A program made the position numbers and the translations under genes. Below, in pieces: positions 41,028-53,628 of a stretch of 64,000 nt of DNA. The notes beneath the pieces were generated by a model that was not told the DNA's origin, did not search any database, and was given only the letters and a program-made list of their open reading frames with translations. Each line of letters starts with the position of its first letter. Within the stretch, counting starts at the first letter, position 1. Origin of the DNA: Batkoa obscura (lineage: Eukaryota); the NCBI GenBank assembly GCA_030770535.1, contig JASVEC010000001.1, positions 1,798,001 through 1,862,000 on the forward strand, written 5' to 3'.

Positions 41028-41892
41028 ATATATATAGGAAAAATAAAGTGAATAATGTAAAACTCGAACACTTAGCTTCCTTAGAAGGCCCAAACTGACC
41101 AGTGGAAAGGTTTTCTTCTGCTTTCTTCAATTCAAGATTGTAATGACCTAAATCAGCGCCCTCTTGGATTGTAATGTTTAGCTTCAAGATGTTATTTTCA
41201 TTCTTATAACTTTTGACTTCAATAGCTATTTTTTTAACATGTATTTTATCAATAAAGTTTTCCGAATTTCTGACTTTAAATACAGTTTCAGATCAATTTT
41301 TTTCATAAAGTGAGGAACTAAATTACTTACTTTTGCACCATCATCGAGGTCGATATTTATCTTACTTATTTATTTAAGTTCAAGGAATGCTTTTATTTAC
41401 CTTGACACCCTATCATAACACTTTTTCAAAGACTACAATCTGAATGATTATAAGGTAGCGTGTTTTTAATAATTTTTGATTGGTGGGCTTAAAGTGAGAG
41501 AAAACACGAAACATCTAAACTAAAATAGTTGCTTAACTTGAAATAAATTTTACAAGATTGATTTTACAATTTCATTGAATTTTTAAACTCAGCATAATAA
41601 CTTTAGTTCCAACATAATTGGTTGATACTGAAATTAAACCAATAACAATACCCAAAGTCAACCGATATTTACAAAATTATTTCCAAAAAGTAGGCATTAA
41701 TGTAAGAATTCCCCAACCTTTAAGCATTTTACACCTTAACTAGTTCACTATCCTTAGCTTAAATCATTAGCCAATCAAATTAATGTAGTATCTAGATAAA
41801 ATGAGCAAGCTACCATTTGAATTAGAAATAAAACTACGATGATGCAATAAAATTTAATTGTCTTTTTAACCAAAGAGATAACCCAAATTGTT

Positions 41893-42760
41893 ATGACCAT
41901 GTCCAACTCATCTAATGAAAACCCAATGCGCGTTACTCCACTCCCTCTACAACATGAGTGGTGTTTTTGGTTAGAAAAGTAAATATTTAAATAAAGTATT
42001 AGTATATTAATGCTAAACACCCCAACTCATTTGTAGGTATAACCCAACATTACCAAACCACTCTTATTCAACCAATTTGACTTTGATTTGCACAGTTAAG
42101 ACAGTTCAGGTAATTAGAAAGAAGGACAGGTTTATTGAATGTTACTAACTTTTAAAATATAAAGGAATTTTGGTCTGCTTACAATAATATAATTTCACCA
42201 GAACATTTGCAAAATCGAAACAGTATTCATTTTTTCAAAAAAGGGGTTAAACCAATTTGGTAATTGCTGATTATAATAACATTTTGTTAAATAATCAATT
42301 TGAATAGGGAAGACCCAAAAAATGAAAATGGAGGTTCTTGGTCCTATCGTATGCCAAAAGATCAAAGTGTAAAAATTTGGCCAGAGTTATTGATGCTTTG
42401 TGTAGGTAGGATTTTGGATGAAGCTTTTACTCAAGGTAATATTAATCTTAATTTCCAAATGTTTTCACTTATGAATTAAACTTTTTGTAATATATTAATA
42501 TAATCAAATAGGCGATAGCTTAATTGGTGTATCCATCAGCTCACGTTGGAATTTGGATATCATTCAAATTTGGAATTTTTCAAGTGGTTTAGCAGCTACG
42601 GCTAAAGTTGAAAAAACTCTTCAAAACTTAGTTGAAGGTGTTGAGCTCCAACAGCCCTATTATAAAGGTAAGTTTGGATCTCTTTTTTATATGATAGTTT
42701 TGTAATATGGTTGTATTTTTAGCTCATAGTGAACATTCAGACTTTAAAAAGGGAGCTTGA
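41893..42760 (+). CDS. eIF4E-family cap-binding protein, class III-like, six exons; missed by the ORF track
   Basis: PLQHEWCFWLEK, TVKTVQEFWSAYNNI, FKKGVKPIWEDPKNENGGSW, GVSISSR..DIIQIWN, YYKAHSEHSDF. Confidence 0.9.
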
Positions 42761-43017
42761 TTTTTTTTCAAAATTTACGGTGACACTATAATCCCTCTTT
42801 TAGTTCTCTTATTAAACTTTAAGTTATTTATCATGATTTATGTGTTTGTTTCTATCTGTTATATTTTAGTCCATATCATCATACATTTCATGTTATATAA
42901 TACAAATAGCCTAAGTATCTGATACATCATTCTTTATGTGATTTTAGCCAATAAAATAACGAGTTTAAAAATAATTGTCATGACTGATATTTGATCTTTT
43001 TTTATAAAAAATACAAA

Positions 43018-44111
43018 ATGAGTTTATTAGCCAGAAGAATAGGATGGAATAATATAATAAAAACATCAAGAACCAATACACAACTATTTGCAAAGAATAA
43101 GTATGTCATCTTTAAAATCCAAACTGAAGTTTAATTTAATCATATAAGTTTAAAGATTAGCTTAAGATTTAATTTTAATACGCCACAAAAAAAGAATGAT
43201 ACAGAAGTACCAAAAGTAGCCTTAGTTCCTATATGATTGATACTCGTTTTTAATTAATATTTGTAGCCTCAGCTTAAAGAAAACATCTACACCATTCCCA
43301 ATTTATTAACCGTAAGTCGACTAGCTTCCTCACCATTATTAGGTTATTGGATAGTCAATGGGCAGTACAACTATGCTTTATCATTATTTATAGTATCTGG
43401 GATAACGGATGTGGTAATTTTTATTTTTTTATGATAGAACACAACGATAAAAATAAACATACTGATGGTAAACTAGCTAGATGGATACATAGCTAGAAAA
43501 TACAATATGCAGACAATAGTAGGTTCAATCATCGATCCTTTAGCAGATAAAGTTTTAATGACGGTATTGACTGTTTCCCTCACTTGTCAGAATTTAATAC
43601 CACGTAAGTTATTATACTATGCTATATTATTTTATTTTATATCATTTATTATAATATAAAGCTAATATTCTATTTTACACCTTTTTAAAATTCTTAATCT
43701 AATTGAATTTTTAGTTCCTTTAGCTATTGTGATCTTAGGAAGAGATGTGTTATTAGTTTTAGCATCTTTTTATTATCGTTACATCTCTTTACCAGCACCA
43801 AAAACATTTCAAAGATACTGGGATTTTTCAATACCTTCAGCTGAAGTGAGACCAACTAATATTTCTAAATTGAACACCTTTTTACAATTGGCATTGATGG
43901 GCTCTACACTTTTGTCCACCGTTATTGGAACTATTGGACATCCGGCTTTGATCGGATTACAGTAATTTTTTTGTTTTAAATGATAGAGCTTTTGATTAAG
44001 TTATATTTTAGATACATTGTGGGAGCTACTACTATAGGTTCTGGGATCAGTTATGTTATTTCTAAAGATGCAGTTAGGATTTTAAAGCCCACTAAAAAGA
44101 TTATTAAATAA
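43018..44111 (+). CDS. CRD1: Cardiolipin synthase (CDP-alcohol phosphatidyltransferase); spliced
   Basis: ENIYTIPNLLTVSR, GITDV|LDGYIARKYN...GSIIDPLADK, ILGRDV, PTNISKLNTFLQL. Confidence 0.92.
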
Positions 44112-44699
44112 AAGTAAATTTTTTTAATAGTGTCTTATTTTTTTGTTTTAATTTTAATTTTTTATTTATTTTACAATTATTTAATTATATCGATTAAATA
44201 ATTTTGTTTTAATTTTGTATTATTATGCTTCAATAAAAGAATACAAACCTATTTTCCTTCTTATAGAAGAATAATGGGCTTTAAAAGTATGTGTAATAGA
44301 AATACAAAAGCTTAAAGGTATTATTAATAATTACTATACCAGAGGTTGGCTAATATATATATGAAAATAAAAGCTAACACTATTAAAAAACCTTGCTTTT
44401 TTGTAAGACTTTCTGAAGATATATATTATAATTATATATTATTACATTATTATTGTTAAACTAATTATATATTGGATACTTTTTATCACCCTTTGATTAT
44501 AACATTTTTAGACTTATTATTAGATGTACTTCTAGAAAAATAATTATATATTACTTTCGAGCTATAAGAACAGTTATGCCATTATTATAAAGTATTTTAA
44601 GCAGCGTAGTATGCTAGAAAATTGTTATTAAACAAACAATTTTATCACTGTTAAACTAATTTTGACTTTTATTTTAAGCGTGTAAAATAATACACATTT

Positions 44700-44796
44700 G
44701 GGGTTATCTCTTTTTGTTAGAATTTTACTAGTAGCTTTTCCATTCAAATAGCGCTTACAAGATGGAAAAAGTGATGAAACCAAAAAAAACACCCCC
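44700..44796. mobile_element. MITE family M
   Basis: ATTT TSD on both sides. Confidence 0.85.
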
Positions 44797-45042
44797 ATTT
44801 ATTTTCTATAACCAACTGGATACAACTATTGGCTAATTTTAACTCTTAGCTGTGGGATTTAGCATAGTGATGAAGTATAAATTATTATTCCTATTTCTCT
44901 GTTTTCGTCAATAAATTTAATTTCAAATCAACCAAGGTACTATACAATATGTTTAATTTAGTGTTTTAATAAATAATTATCAATTAACTATCATGTAGAC
45001 CCAATTTAATAAACTTGTTATTTATAAAAATTATCATATAAA

Positions 45043-46430
45043 ATGCCAAACAATAAAATATCTTGTAGCGAAGATGGTGATAGCAAGGACAAAACATTAA
45101 CTATAGCTAATCAACAAGCCAACTCAACCGATTCCAATAATCAAGCACAAGAAACCATTAGTCAAGAAATAACAAGTGATAAAAGATCAACCATGGCTCT
45201 AACTACCAACTTCGAGTATTTAAACAATTTAGAGTTTTCGGAGTTTACACAAGGAATAAATTACCTAATCTCATTATCAGTAAGTGAAGGTTATTTATTA
45301 GTAAAAAAAAAACTACTAATCGAACTAAAGACAAAACGGTGAATAAGCAACATTTAATGTGTAAGTTTCATAGATTATCTAAAAGAAAGAGAAATGATGG
45401 TAATTTTATACCTTGTCTTTATAAAATTTCTATTGGTCGTGGAATTCGTGATCAAAAAGTTTTTAAAGTCAACGTTAGTAACTGTGCGCACAATTATCCT
45501 TCTTTGCTTGATAATAATAGAAAACAGATAATAGATAGCTATAATATATCTGTTTTAAATGAACAACAAAATAATATTGTAGATATTAATAATCAACCAC
45601 AAGGAACTAATAGTCTAGTAGCTACAAACAATGACGGTCAAAGTGAGCATATAGCCACCAATGAAGATCCTTTAAATAGTCTTGAATTTACAGATATGAT
45701 AAAAGGTATGGACCATATAATATCACTAGGATTAAAGAAGGGCTATTTATTAGTATAAAAAAAATTGTAACCGAAGAAAAGATAACTCACTTTCTTATCA
45801 AACATTAAAATATAAATATTTCAGTAAACCAGGGTTGAACAAAAATAATTTGAATTCCTTGTCATGTCCATATAAAGTCTCTATTGGCCGTAAAATTAAA
45901 GGGAGTCTAGCATTTAAAATTGCTGTCCTTAATTCTACCCATAATCATCCACCTGTATTTATCAATAATCCGGAAGAAGGGATGTATTTGATAAAAGATC
46001 CTACCAATAAGGTAATATTATGAGAATATCCAAAACGAAGGAAATTTAAAGGGTTACAAACTATATTACAGTTAGATTCAGAGAACTTAAATACTCAATT
46101 TTCTGTTAAAGAAACTAAAAACAAATTTAAAAAACTAATCACTAATTCTATTGAGCTTCTGCTAATTGGTGAGCTTCTATCAATCTCTAATGTTATAAGT
46201 AAATATTATGATAAGCTATCGTCACTAAATAAGTAACCTCTTACTGCTAGTACATCATCTTTAAAAAATAACCCTAGTACAATTATAACATATGAGAATA
46301 AACAAGATAGCGACAGTATTACGACTACATTTGAAGTTAGCCAAAATAATATTAACACAGCTATACTGCCTGAAAATGATTATAAAAAAGCTCTAAGAAA
46401 TCCAAACATTAAAAATGGTAGATTTTAAAT
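45043..46430 (+). pseudogene. Disrupted paralog of the downstream double zinc-finger gene
   Basis: Colinear with 46964-48637; frameshifts at ~45303 and ~45755, stops at ~46021 and ~46234, Cys to Tyr change in the second finger. Confidence 0.85.
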
Positions 46431-46432
46431 TT

Positions 46433-46530
46433 AGGGATGTATTTTTGTGTTTAAGAATTTTACTAACAATTTTCCGCTCAAATAGTGCTCAAAAGATAGA
46501 AAAAGTGATGAAACCAAAAAAAACACCCTC
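46433..46530. mobile_element. MITE family M
   Basis: Flanks ATTT/GTTT, internal match to the family. Confidence 0.87.
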
Positions 46531-46963
46531 GTTTAAACTCTTTTTGCGCTTTTTAATAAATAAACTTTTTTTAACCTGAACCTTAATATTTTATCATACA
46601 GAATTTGAACTAATATTATTTTTATTAGCATTCAAATAAATATTAATAAAAAAAACATTTATCTATTTGTTATCCAAGACATCCTAATGATGACTAAAAT
46701 TATTGTTTTATAGCCAATTAAATCCAATTATCAGTTAATTTTGAACTAGACTATAAATTTAGCATGGTGATGGGTAATAAATTATTATCGCTGATAATTA
46801 ATTTAACTTATTTATTTTAAACATATATTATAATATATATAATATAACCACAAACATTATAAGGTATTATAAACTTGTATTTAATATTTTAATAAATAAC
46901 AACTAAAAATTGGTCTTTGACTTTTATTTAGTAAGCATTTACTGATAGAAATCAACATTTTAA

Positions 46964-48637
46964 ATGTCAAATAATAAAGTTAGTAGTGAGGATGGCAATA
47001 AAGATGATAGCTCATCAATTATAAAAAGTATTCAACCTAATAAAATGAATTCAAATGTAAAAGATTCTTATAACTACAAAGATAACAATAATGTTAATAA
47101 GCCATGTACACAAGATGAACAAACCAAACCAATAGATTCTAATATTCAACTACAAGGAACCAACGTCTCAAATTTAGCAACAAAAAAACGACCAACTGAG
47201 ATTTTAACCACAAAGATCGACTATCTCAGTAGTTTAGAATATAAGAACTTAGAAAATGGTGTGAATCATCTTGTATCGTTATCATTAAGTGAAGGCTATT
47301 TATTAATCAAAGCAAAATGCGGAAGACTTAAAGATAATAGAATGAGTTATGTAAGATTAAAATGTAAATTTCATCGATTATCAAAAAGAAAAAAAGGAGA
47401 TAATAATAGTTTTATTCCTTGTCCTTATTCAATTTCAATTGGTCATGGTATTCGTGGTAGAGATGTTTTTAAGGTTAATGTTAGTAATTGTAGTCATAAT
47501 CATTATTCAATGTTTGATAAAGATAAAGATAAAGATAAAGATGAGGGAATTGAAAATGATGATACCATTTTAAGTGAAGAAAGCAATGAAAATGAAAACG
47601 AAAATGTATCGGTTATTAATGAACAAAAAAATAATACATTAGATAATGATGTTCAATCACAAGAAAATAATATAACGGATAGTAATAATCAGCACGAGGA
47701 AAATAACGCAACAGATGGCAATAATCAACCACAACAGACTAATAATGTAGTACTCACAGTCAATGACAACCAAATTGAGCATATAACTACGAATCAAGAT
47801 TCCTTAAACAAGCTAGAATTTCCAGATATAATCGAAGGTGTTAACCGTATTGTATCATTAGCAGTAAGTGAAGGCTACTTGTTAGTCAAAAGTAAAACAG
47901 ATCGAGTAAAAAATAAATCCCTTAATCATCAAGGATTAAAATGCAAATTTTATCGAAAATCAAGTTTAAAGAATGATAATTTAAATTATTTATCTTGTCC
48001 GTATAAAATTTCAATTGGCCGCAAAGTTAGAGGAAGTATAACCTATAGAGTAAATGTGATTAATTGTAAACATAATCATCCACCTATGTTTCAAAATGAA
48101 ATTAAAGAAGAGTTACAAGCTGTAAAGGGTATAAGTAATCAATCATCTCTATTACAATATTTAAATAGCAAAAAAATCAAGGATATTGATGCAATATTAC
48201 AGTTGAATTCAGAAGACTTAAATTATCAATTTTCTATTAAAGATGCTAAAGAAAAATTGAAAAAGTTAATCTCAGATACTTTAGATTTACTACCAATTAA
48301 TAAACTCCTATCGATTTCTAATGTTATTAATTCGTATTATGATGAACTATTAAAGGCTAATAAGCAAAACCTTTCTAACGGTGCTTTTACACTTCAATAT
48401 GATCCCACAGAATTCGCTATAGGAAATGAAAATAAGCAAATTAATACTAGAGATAGAATTTTAGCAGTTCTAAATGAACAAAATGATAATAATATTGGAC
48501 CTAGATTGCCTGAAAACAATCAAACTGTTGTTAGTGATACAATTTTGCCACGCAAAATAAGTCAAAACAATACCAATAATACAAGTATATTGCATGAAGA
48601 TAATCCAGAAAAAAAGGTTAAAAAACCAAAATATTAA
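46964..48637 (+). CDS. Protein with two tandem FAR1/AFT (WRKY-GCM1 fold)-like C..CP..HNH zinc-finger DNA-binding domains, intronless
   Basis: Repeated SEGYLL...LKCKF...CPYxISIG...HNH unit; C-terminal NLS-like KKVKKPK. Confidence 0.7.
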   Translation: MSNNKVSSEDGNKDDSSSIIKSIQPNKMNSNVKDSYNYKDNNNVNKPCTQDEQTKPIDSNIQLQGTNVSNLATKKRPTEILTTKIDYLSSLEYKNLENGVNHLVSLSLSEGYLLIKAKCGRLKDNRMSYVRLKCKFHRLSKRKKGDNNSFIPCPYSISIGHGIRGRDVFKVNVSNCSHNHYSMFDKDKDKDKDEGIENDDTILSEESNENENENVSVINEQKNNTLDNDVQSQENNITDSNNQHEENNATDGNNQPQQTNNVVLTVNDNQIEHITTNQDSLNKLEFPDIIEGVNRIVSLAVSEGYLLVKSKTDRVKNKSLNHQGLKCKFYRKSSLKNDNLNYLSCPYKISIGRKVRGSITYRVNVINCKHNHPPMFQNEIKEELQAVKGISNQSSLLQYLNSKKIKDIDAILQLNSEDLNYQFSIKDAKEKLKKLISDTLDLLPINKLLSISNVINSYYDELLKANKQNLSNGAFTLQYDPTEFAIGNENKQINTRDRILAVLNEQNDNNIGPRLPENNQTVVSDTILPRKISQNNTNNTSILHEDNPEKKVKKPKY

Positions 48638-49001
48638 CAATAGTGATTATATATTATCCTATCCTTTTCATCTTTCTTCTTTAATAAACGTAAATTCCGC
48701 TTATTTTTAATATTTAATTTAATTTAATTTAATTTAGTTCAAAATTTACAGTAAAATTAGTTAACCATATATAAAAATAAATTGAAAAATGGTATTACTT
48801 AAACTTGGAAAATGAGGTCATTATTTGAGAGATTTCGAAGGAGATATTCAAAATCAATTCAAGCCACTTTTTAATCAAAAATTAATTGTTCAACTATCAC
48901 TTTTAAATTTTTATTATAAAAAAACCCACTCAATTCAACTACGATTAATATATAACGAGTATAATTAATATAAAAAAAAGAAGAAGCAGGACCACTCAAG
49001 T

Positions 49002-52000
49002 ATGGACAATAGCAATTTAAATTATTTTAGCATAAATCCACCATTAACCAAAAGAAATTCTCAATATGAATTAAAAACAATTAAAAGTAAAACAATAGCA
49101 ACAATACCTTATTCAAACCTAAGTAACATGTATACGAAACATGAAGAAAATCCAATAAAATCTCCACCAAATGCCTTACTAAGTCCTATGAAACCTTGTA
49201 CTTATCCATTAATGCAACAAGCTTTATTTAATAAACACAATTTTTATAATTTAGAAGATAGTTCGGGGAAATTATACAATTATTTAAACAATAATATATT
49301 ACAACAACAACAACAACAACAACAACAGTCATTGAAAGAAGAAAGGGAAGAAAGGTTACAAGTATTAAAGAAACTAGGTAGTACTAATAATCATAGAGTA
49401 AGAGCTATGTCTCATTCTAATTCCTATCCACCAAATTCACCAAAGAGATTAATGTTATTATTACAATCGAATGTCACCAGTAGTCAACCGAAAATATTAT
49501 CCGAAGAACCAGAGGAGTGTTCACATACTGATTCAGGAACAAAAAGTCCGCCATCAATAGAATTAACACAAACCTTCTCTCAAGCTTTATCCACAGATAA
49601 AAATCATTTAAATGTTCAAATAGGAAATCGACCTGGAAGTGGTATAGTCAAACCAATCAAATTTAATGAAAAATTTACTATAACAATATTAAATGTAAAT
49701 CATAATCGACCATTAAATCCAAGCTATGTGGTAGTTACTTTTGGTGACAAAATTTATCAAACTCCTTTAAGTAAAGAAAAAAATGGAAATTGGAACTGTA
49801 CTTTCGAGTTTGAAGTTTCTTATCATTATCAATTGTTTGGTACTTGTCAGGTAAACGATAGTTGTTAAGGATTTGTTGTGATGAAACTAATTGATTTTGT
49901 TCCTTTAGTTAGATTTATATGAATATACTTGGCTTATACCCGATAGTCATAAAGGTAGAGCAGAAATAAGATTAGCTACTTTAGATGGATTTCCAGAAAA
50001 TTTTAAAAAGTAAGCAATTAATAATTAATAATATAAAATAGTAATTAATAATTAATAATAATAACTTAATTTTAGTTATTATGAATTATATGATCGAAAA
50101 TATTCACTTGGAACAATATCAGAATTAGCAAGACGTACTAAATTAACTCAAAATTTAGGGGCAATTCAAGTCAAAATTAATTATCGATTTATGAAACCAA
50201 GTAGTAGAAAGGATTATTTAAAATTTAGTAGTCAACATAATAATAATAATAATCAGTTCAGTTCAATGGAACAAGAGAGTATAAAAGAAGAAGACAATAA
50301 TGTTGATGATAATATTAATAATGAAGAAAATAATAATGAAATTGAAATTGATACCAAAGAGATTGAAAGTGAAAGACAATTACATGAAGTTTTAATAAAC
50401 CCATCAATTAAAGAAAATTTTAATAAAATTGAAGAGAATAATAACAATAATGATAAAGATCCTTATTCATATGGTAAAGTATCTTTAATCTCTGGAGATT
50501 CCGATTCTATTCACGATCAACTATTAAATAATGATGATGATGAAGGTATGTTTAATTTTGTAGGCTCTTATATTTTATCCAAAGGTACTAGAGCAGTACT
50601 GAAGGGTATAACTAGAGTTTATTTGGCGTTTGTAAGTTCATATTATAATATCTTATAATATATTTATTAATATTCTATTTTCAGAATCAAGGTTTGGAGT
50701 TAAAATATATTGAATTTTTCAATGGTATATTATTATTAGAAAAATATTATTTAAAAGAAACAGAATTATTATCACAAAAAGAAGAATGTGTATCGGATTC
50801 CAGTTTGTTAATTACCAATTTTTCTAAAGTGAAAGAAGCCAATTATTTTTATAAATATGCTTTAGCAGCTTATGGTTGGCGAGGTCTAGTATTTTTTTCC
50901 AAAATAACACCTTTAACAGCAGGACAAATAATGACAGATCATGGGGCAATTAAAGAATATTTAAAATTAAATGATAATTTATTATTAGGTTATGAATTTC
51001 GGTCTAATGAATTATTTCAACCTACTTATTTTATTGCTTTGGATCAAATTACTCAATCTTTAGTTATTAGTATTAGAGGAACTATGGTAATTTTATTGCT
51101 TATTGCTATTATATTATATATTCTATCATATTAGATTATGTTACTTATTATTTATTATTAGAGTGTTTTAGATACTTTAACAGATTTAGTATGTGAATAT
51201 CAACCTTGGCGAGGTGGATTAGTCCATTCAGGTATTTTAGCTGTAGCCCAAAGTTTAATGAAAAATGTAATTCCTAGTGTGATGGCGCATGCAATACAAC
51301 ATCAAGTACGAAAGATCTATTTAGTTGGTCATTCGTTAGGCGGAGCCACTGCTTCATTATTAACAATGATGTTAATAGATCATTTACATGAATTTCGATT
51401 ACCTAAACCTGAATTTGAATTAAGATGTTTTGCTTTTGGACCACCTCCTTCCTTTTCTTTAAATTTAGCTAAATCAAAAAGATATTTACCTTATATTCAT
51501 ACCTTTGTGGTACAAAATGATATTATTCCTAGATTATCTTATGGTGCTATGATGGATTTTAAAGCTGCTGTTTTGGCAGCAACAGAAGTTATTAATGAAC
51601 ATAATCCATCGGTATTGTCAATGGAAAGGTTTACTTCAATGTTTCAAACTTCAGAAGAAGCTAAAAAACAATTAGAATTGAAATTTGAGCTATTAGATAA
51701 AGCTTTAAAGCATCAATTAAAAGTGGAACAGTTAAACCCTAAATTATATTTAGCAGGGAAAATTTATCATCTAAAGTCAAAAGATAAACTAATTACTCCA
51801 TTTGATAAGTTAAATAGTGGTAATAAAGAGAAGCAAAAGAAAAAATTATTTTGTTATTGTTTTTCCGAAGAGGCGGATAACTTTTTGGGGATTAAAGTCA
51901 ATTCATCGATGCTTCTAGATCATTTACCTTCCGCTTATGATTTTGCTTTGGAACAAGCTCAAGATTTGATTGATCAATTGGCCGACTTTGCTGATACTAA

Positions 52001-52007
52001 ACTTTAA
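49002..52007 (+). CDS. C2-domain plus class 3 lipase (DAG-lipase-like), five exons
   Basis: C2-like PSYVVVTFG...WNCTFEF, ISIRGT, VHSG, nucleophile motif VGHSLGG, NDIIPRL, MLLDHLP. Confidence 0.85.
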
Positions 52008-52285
52008 ATAAGGGCAGTTTTAGTGTAATTAAGTTTATTATATTTTAGAATGTAATTTGTACATGTATTATTTTTTATAGTTAACTAATTTTATTAAATT
52101 CAATTAAATTGTATAAATTTTTATATTTATTAATTAAATCCTTTTTATATAATAATAAACAATTTAAATTAAAGTAATATAAAATAAAAAAATTACTATT
52201 GCTTTCATATAATTACCAACGATACTCAATCTCTAAAAAACCTTTCTACTTTATTTTATTATAATCTAATATCCCCGTTATTCCC

Positions 52286-52918
52286 TTATGATGAACAACA
52301 TTTCTTGACTTGTCTATTATTTGTTTTTTTTTGACGTATAGTATCATTATCATTAATTTCATGACCTTCATTTAAGTTTAATTCTATATTTTAAAAACAA
52401 TTTTAGTAATCCATCTCTTTCTTTAAAAATTTATTATTTGATATTTGATATTTGATAAAAATAATAACAATAATAAAAAGATAAACTTACTATAACTTGC
52501 ACCTTCTTTAGATTTAACTGCTTGTACTACATTTCTTTCTAATATTTTGGCTACTTCTTTGGCGTATTGGATGGACTTTTGGTGAGAATAGATTGAATAA
52601 AAAGTTAAATGGAATGTTTCTGATAATAAGAGATGACTATAGAACTTACTTTATTTATTGTGTCTTCATTGGTTTCATTTCTATATAACTCAAACTCACT
52701 TCGTGTCTTTAAATGAGCAGCTATTTTAGAAGATTAATTTTCAATTCAAATTATAATCCATCATACCAATATTGAAAACTACCTTTTAATGTTGGTAAAT
52801 CACCTGGATAAGTAGAAGTTAGTAAGTTTAAGGAGCTTTGAGATTGTAATTTACCTTTAAAGCAAGTACGTTGTACTTTAAGTAAATAGCGATAAACTTG
52901 AATGGCTTTTGGGTTCAT
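52286..52918 (-). CDS. MZM1: LYR-motif complex III assembly factor Mzm1/LYRM7; spliced, missed by the ORF track
   Basis: VYRYLLKVQRTCFKGDLPTLK|AAHLKTRSEF...AKEVAKILERNVVQAV...HEINDNDTI...CCSS. Confidence 0.85.
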
Positions 52919-53180
52919 TTAAAAAATAAGAATAAAAACTAAATTTTCGAATTGAATTGAATTTTGAGTTTTAAAATTTAAGTTTAAAACTTTAAAAAAT
53001 TAAAAAAATCATTCTACGATTATATCTACAATTGATTAATATTAAACTAAAACTAGCAAATAAAATATTATTGGCAAAAGGTACTCTTTTTTTAACTTAT
53101 AATATATTTTTATTTTTTAATATTAAATCATCAATTTCAATCCCTTATAATCTCATTCCTCAATTCGCTTTACTAGAATT

Positions 53181-53470
53181 CTATTTCTTCTTTTCAGTTT
53201 GGTGGTCTATATCTAGGTCAAATAGCTCTTTCCCGTCTTTAACAGGAAATTTTTTTTCTAATTTATCTGATACAAAAGTACCTAATAATGCTACACCAAT
53301 ACCAGCTAAAAAAATAAAATGATTAATATTAATAATCTTAATAAATAATAATATTTACTTAATCCTATAACCAATCTCGTTCTCTTTGGTAATGACGTAA
53401 ATGACTGAAATATACTTTTACTTTTCTTTGTTGATGGTGGGGGATTTATAGGTTGCTTATATAAGGCCAT
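53181..53470 (-). CDS. Small (~78 aa) single-TM protein of unknown function, one intron
   Basis: Spliced MALYKQP...FTSLPKRTRLVIGLTGIGVALLGTFVSDKLEKKFP... Confidence 0.7.
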
Positions 53471-53628
53471 GATTGTTTTTTCTGTGATAAAAATGAATAA
53501 AATATTTTTGAAACTGAAAAATTGAAAAGCTTAAAATGGATTGTATTTTTTTGCAATAGAATTGGTCATCAAAGTCAATTTTAAATTGAGATTTCAATTA
53601 CTTTTTTAGCTCTTCATCTTTTTATATT

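Noticed and set aside
45295..45770. Programmed frameshifting at the A-runs of the zinc-finger paralog
   Set aside because: Additional in-frame stops and loss of a Zn-ligand Cys indicate ordinary pseudogenisation
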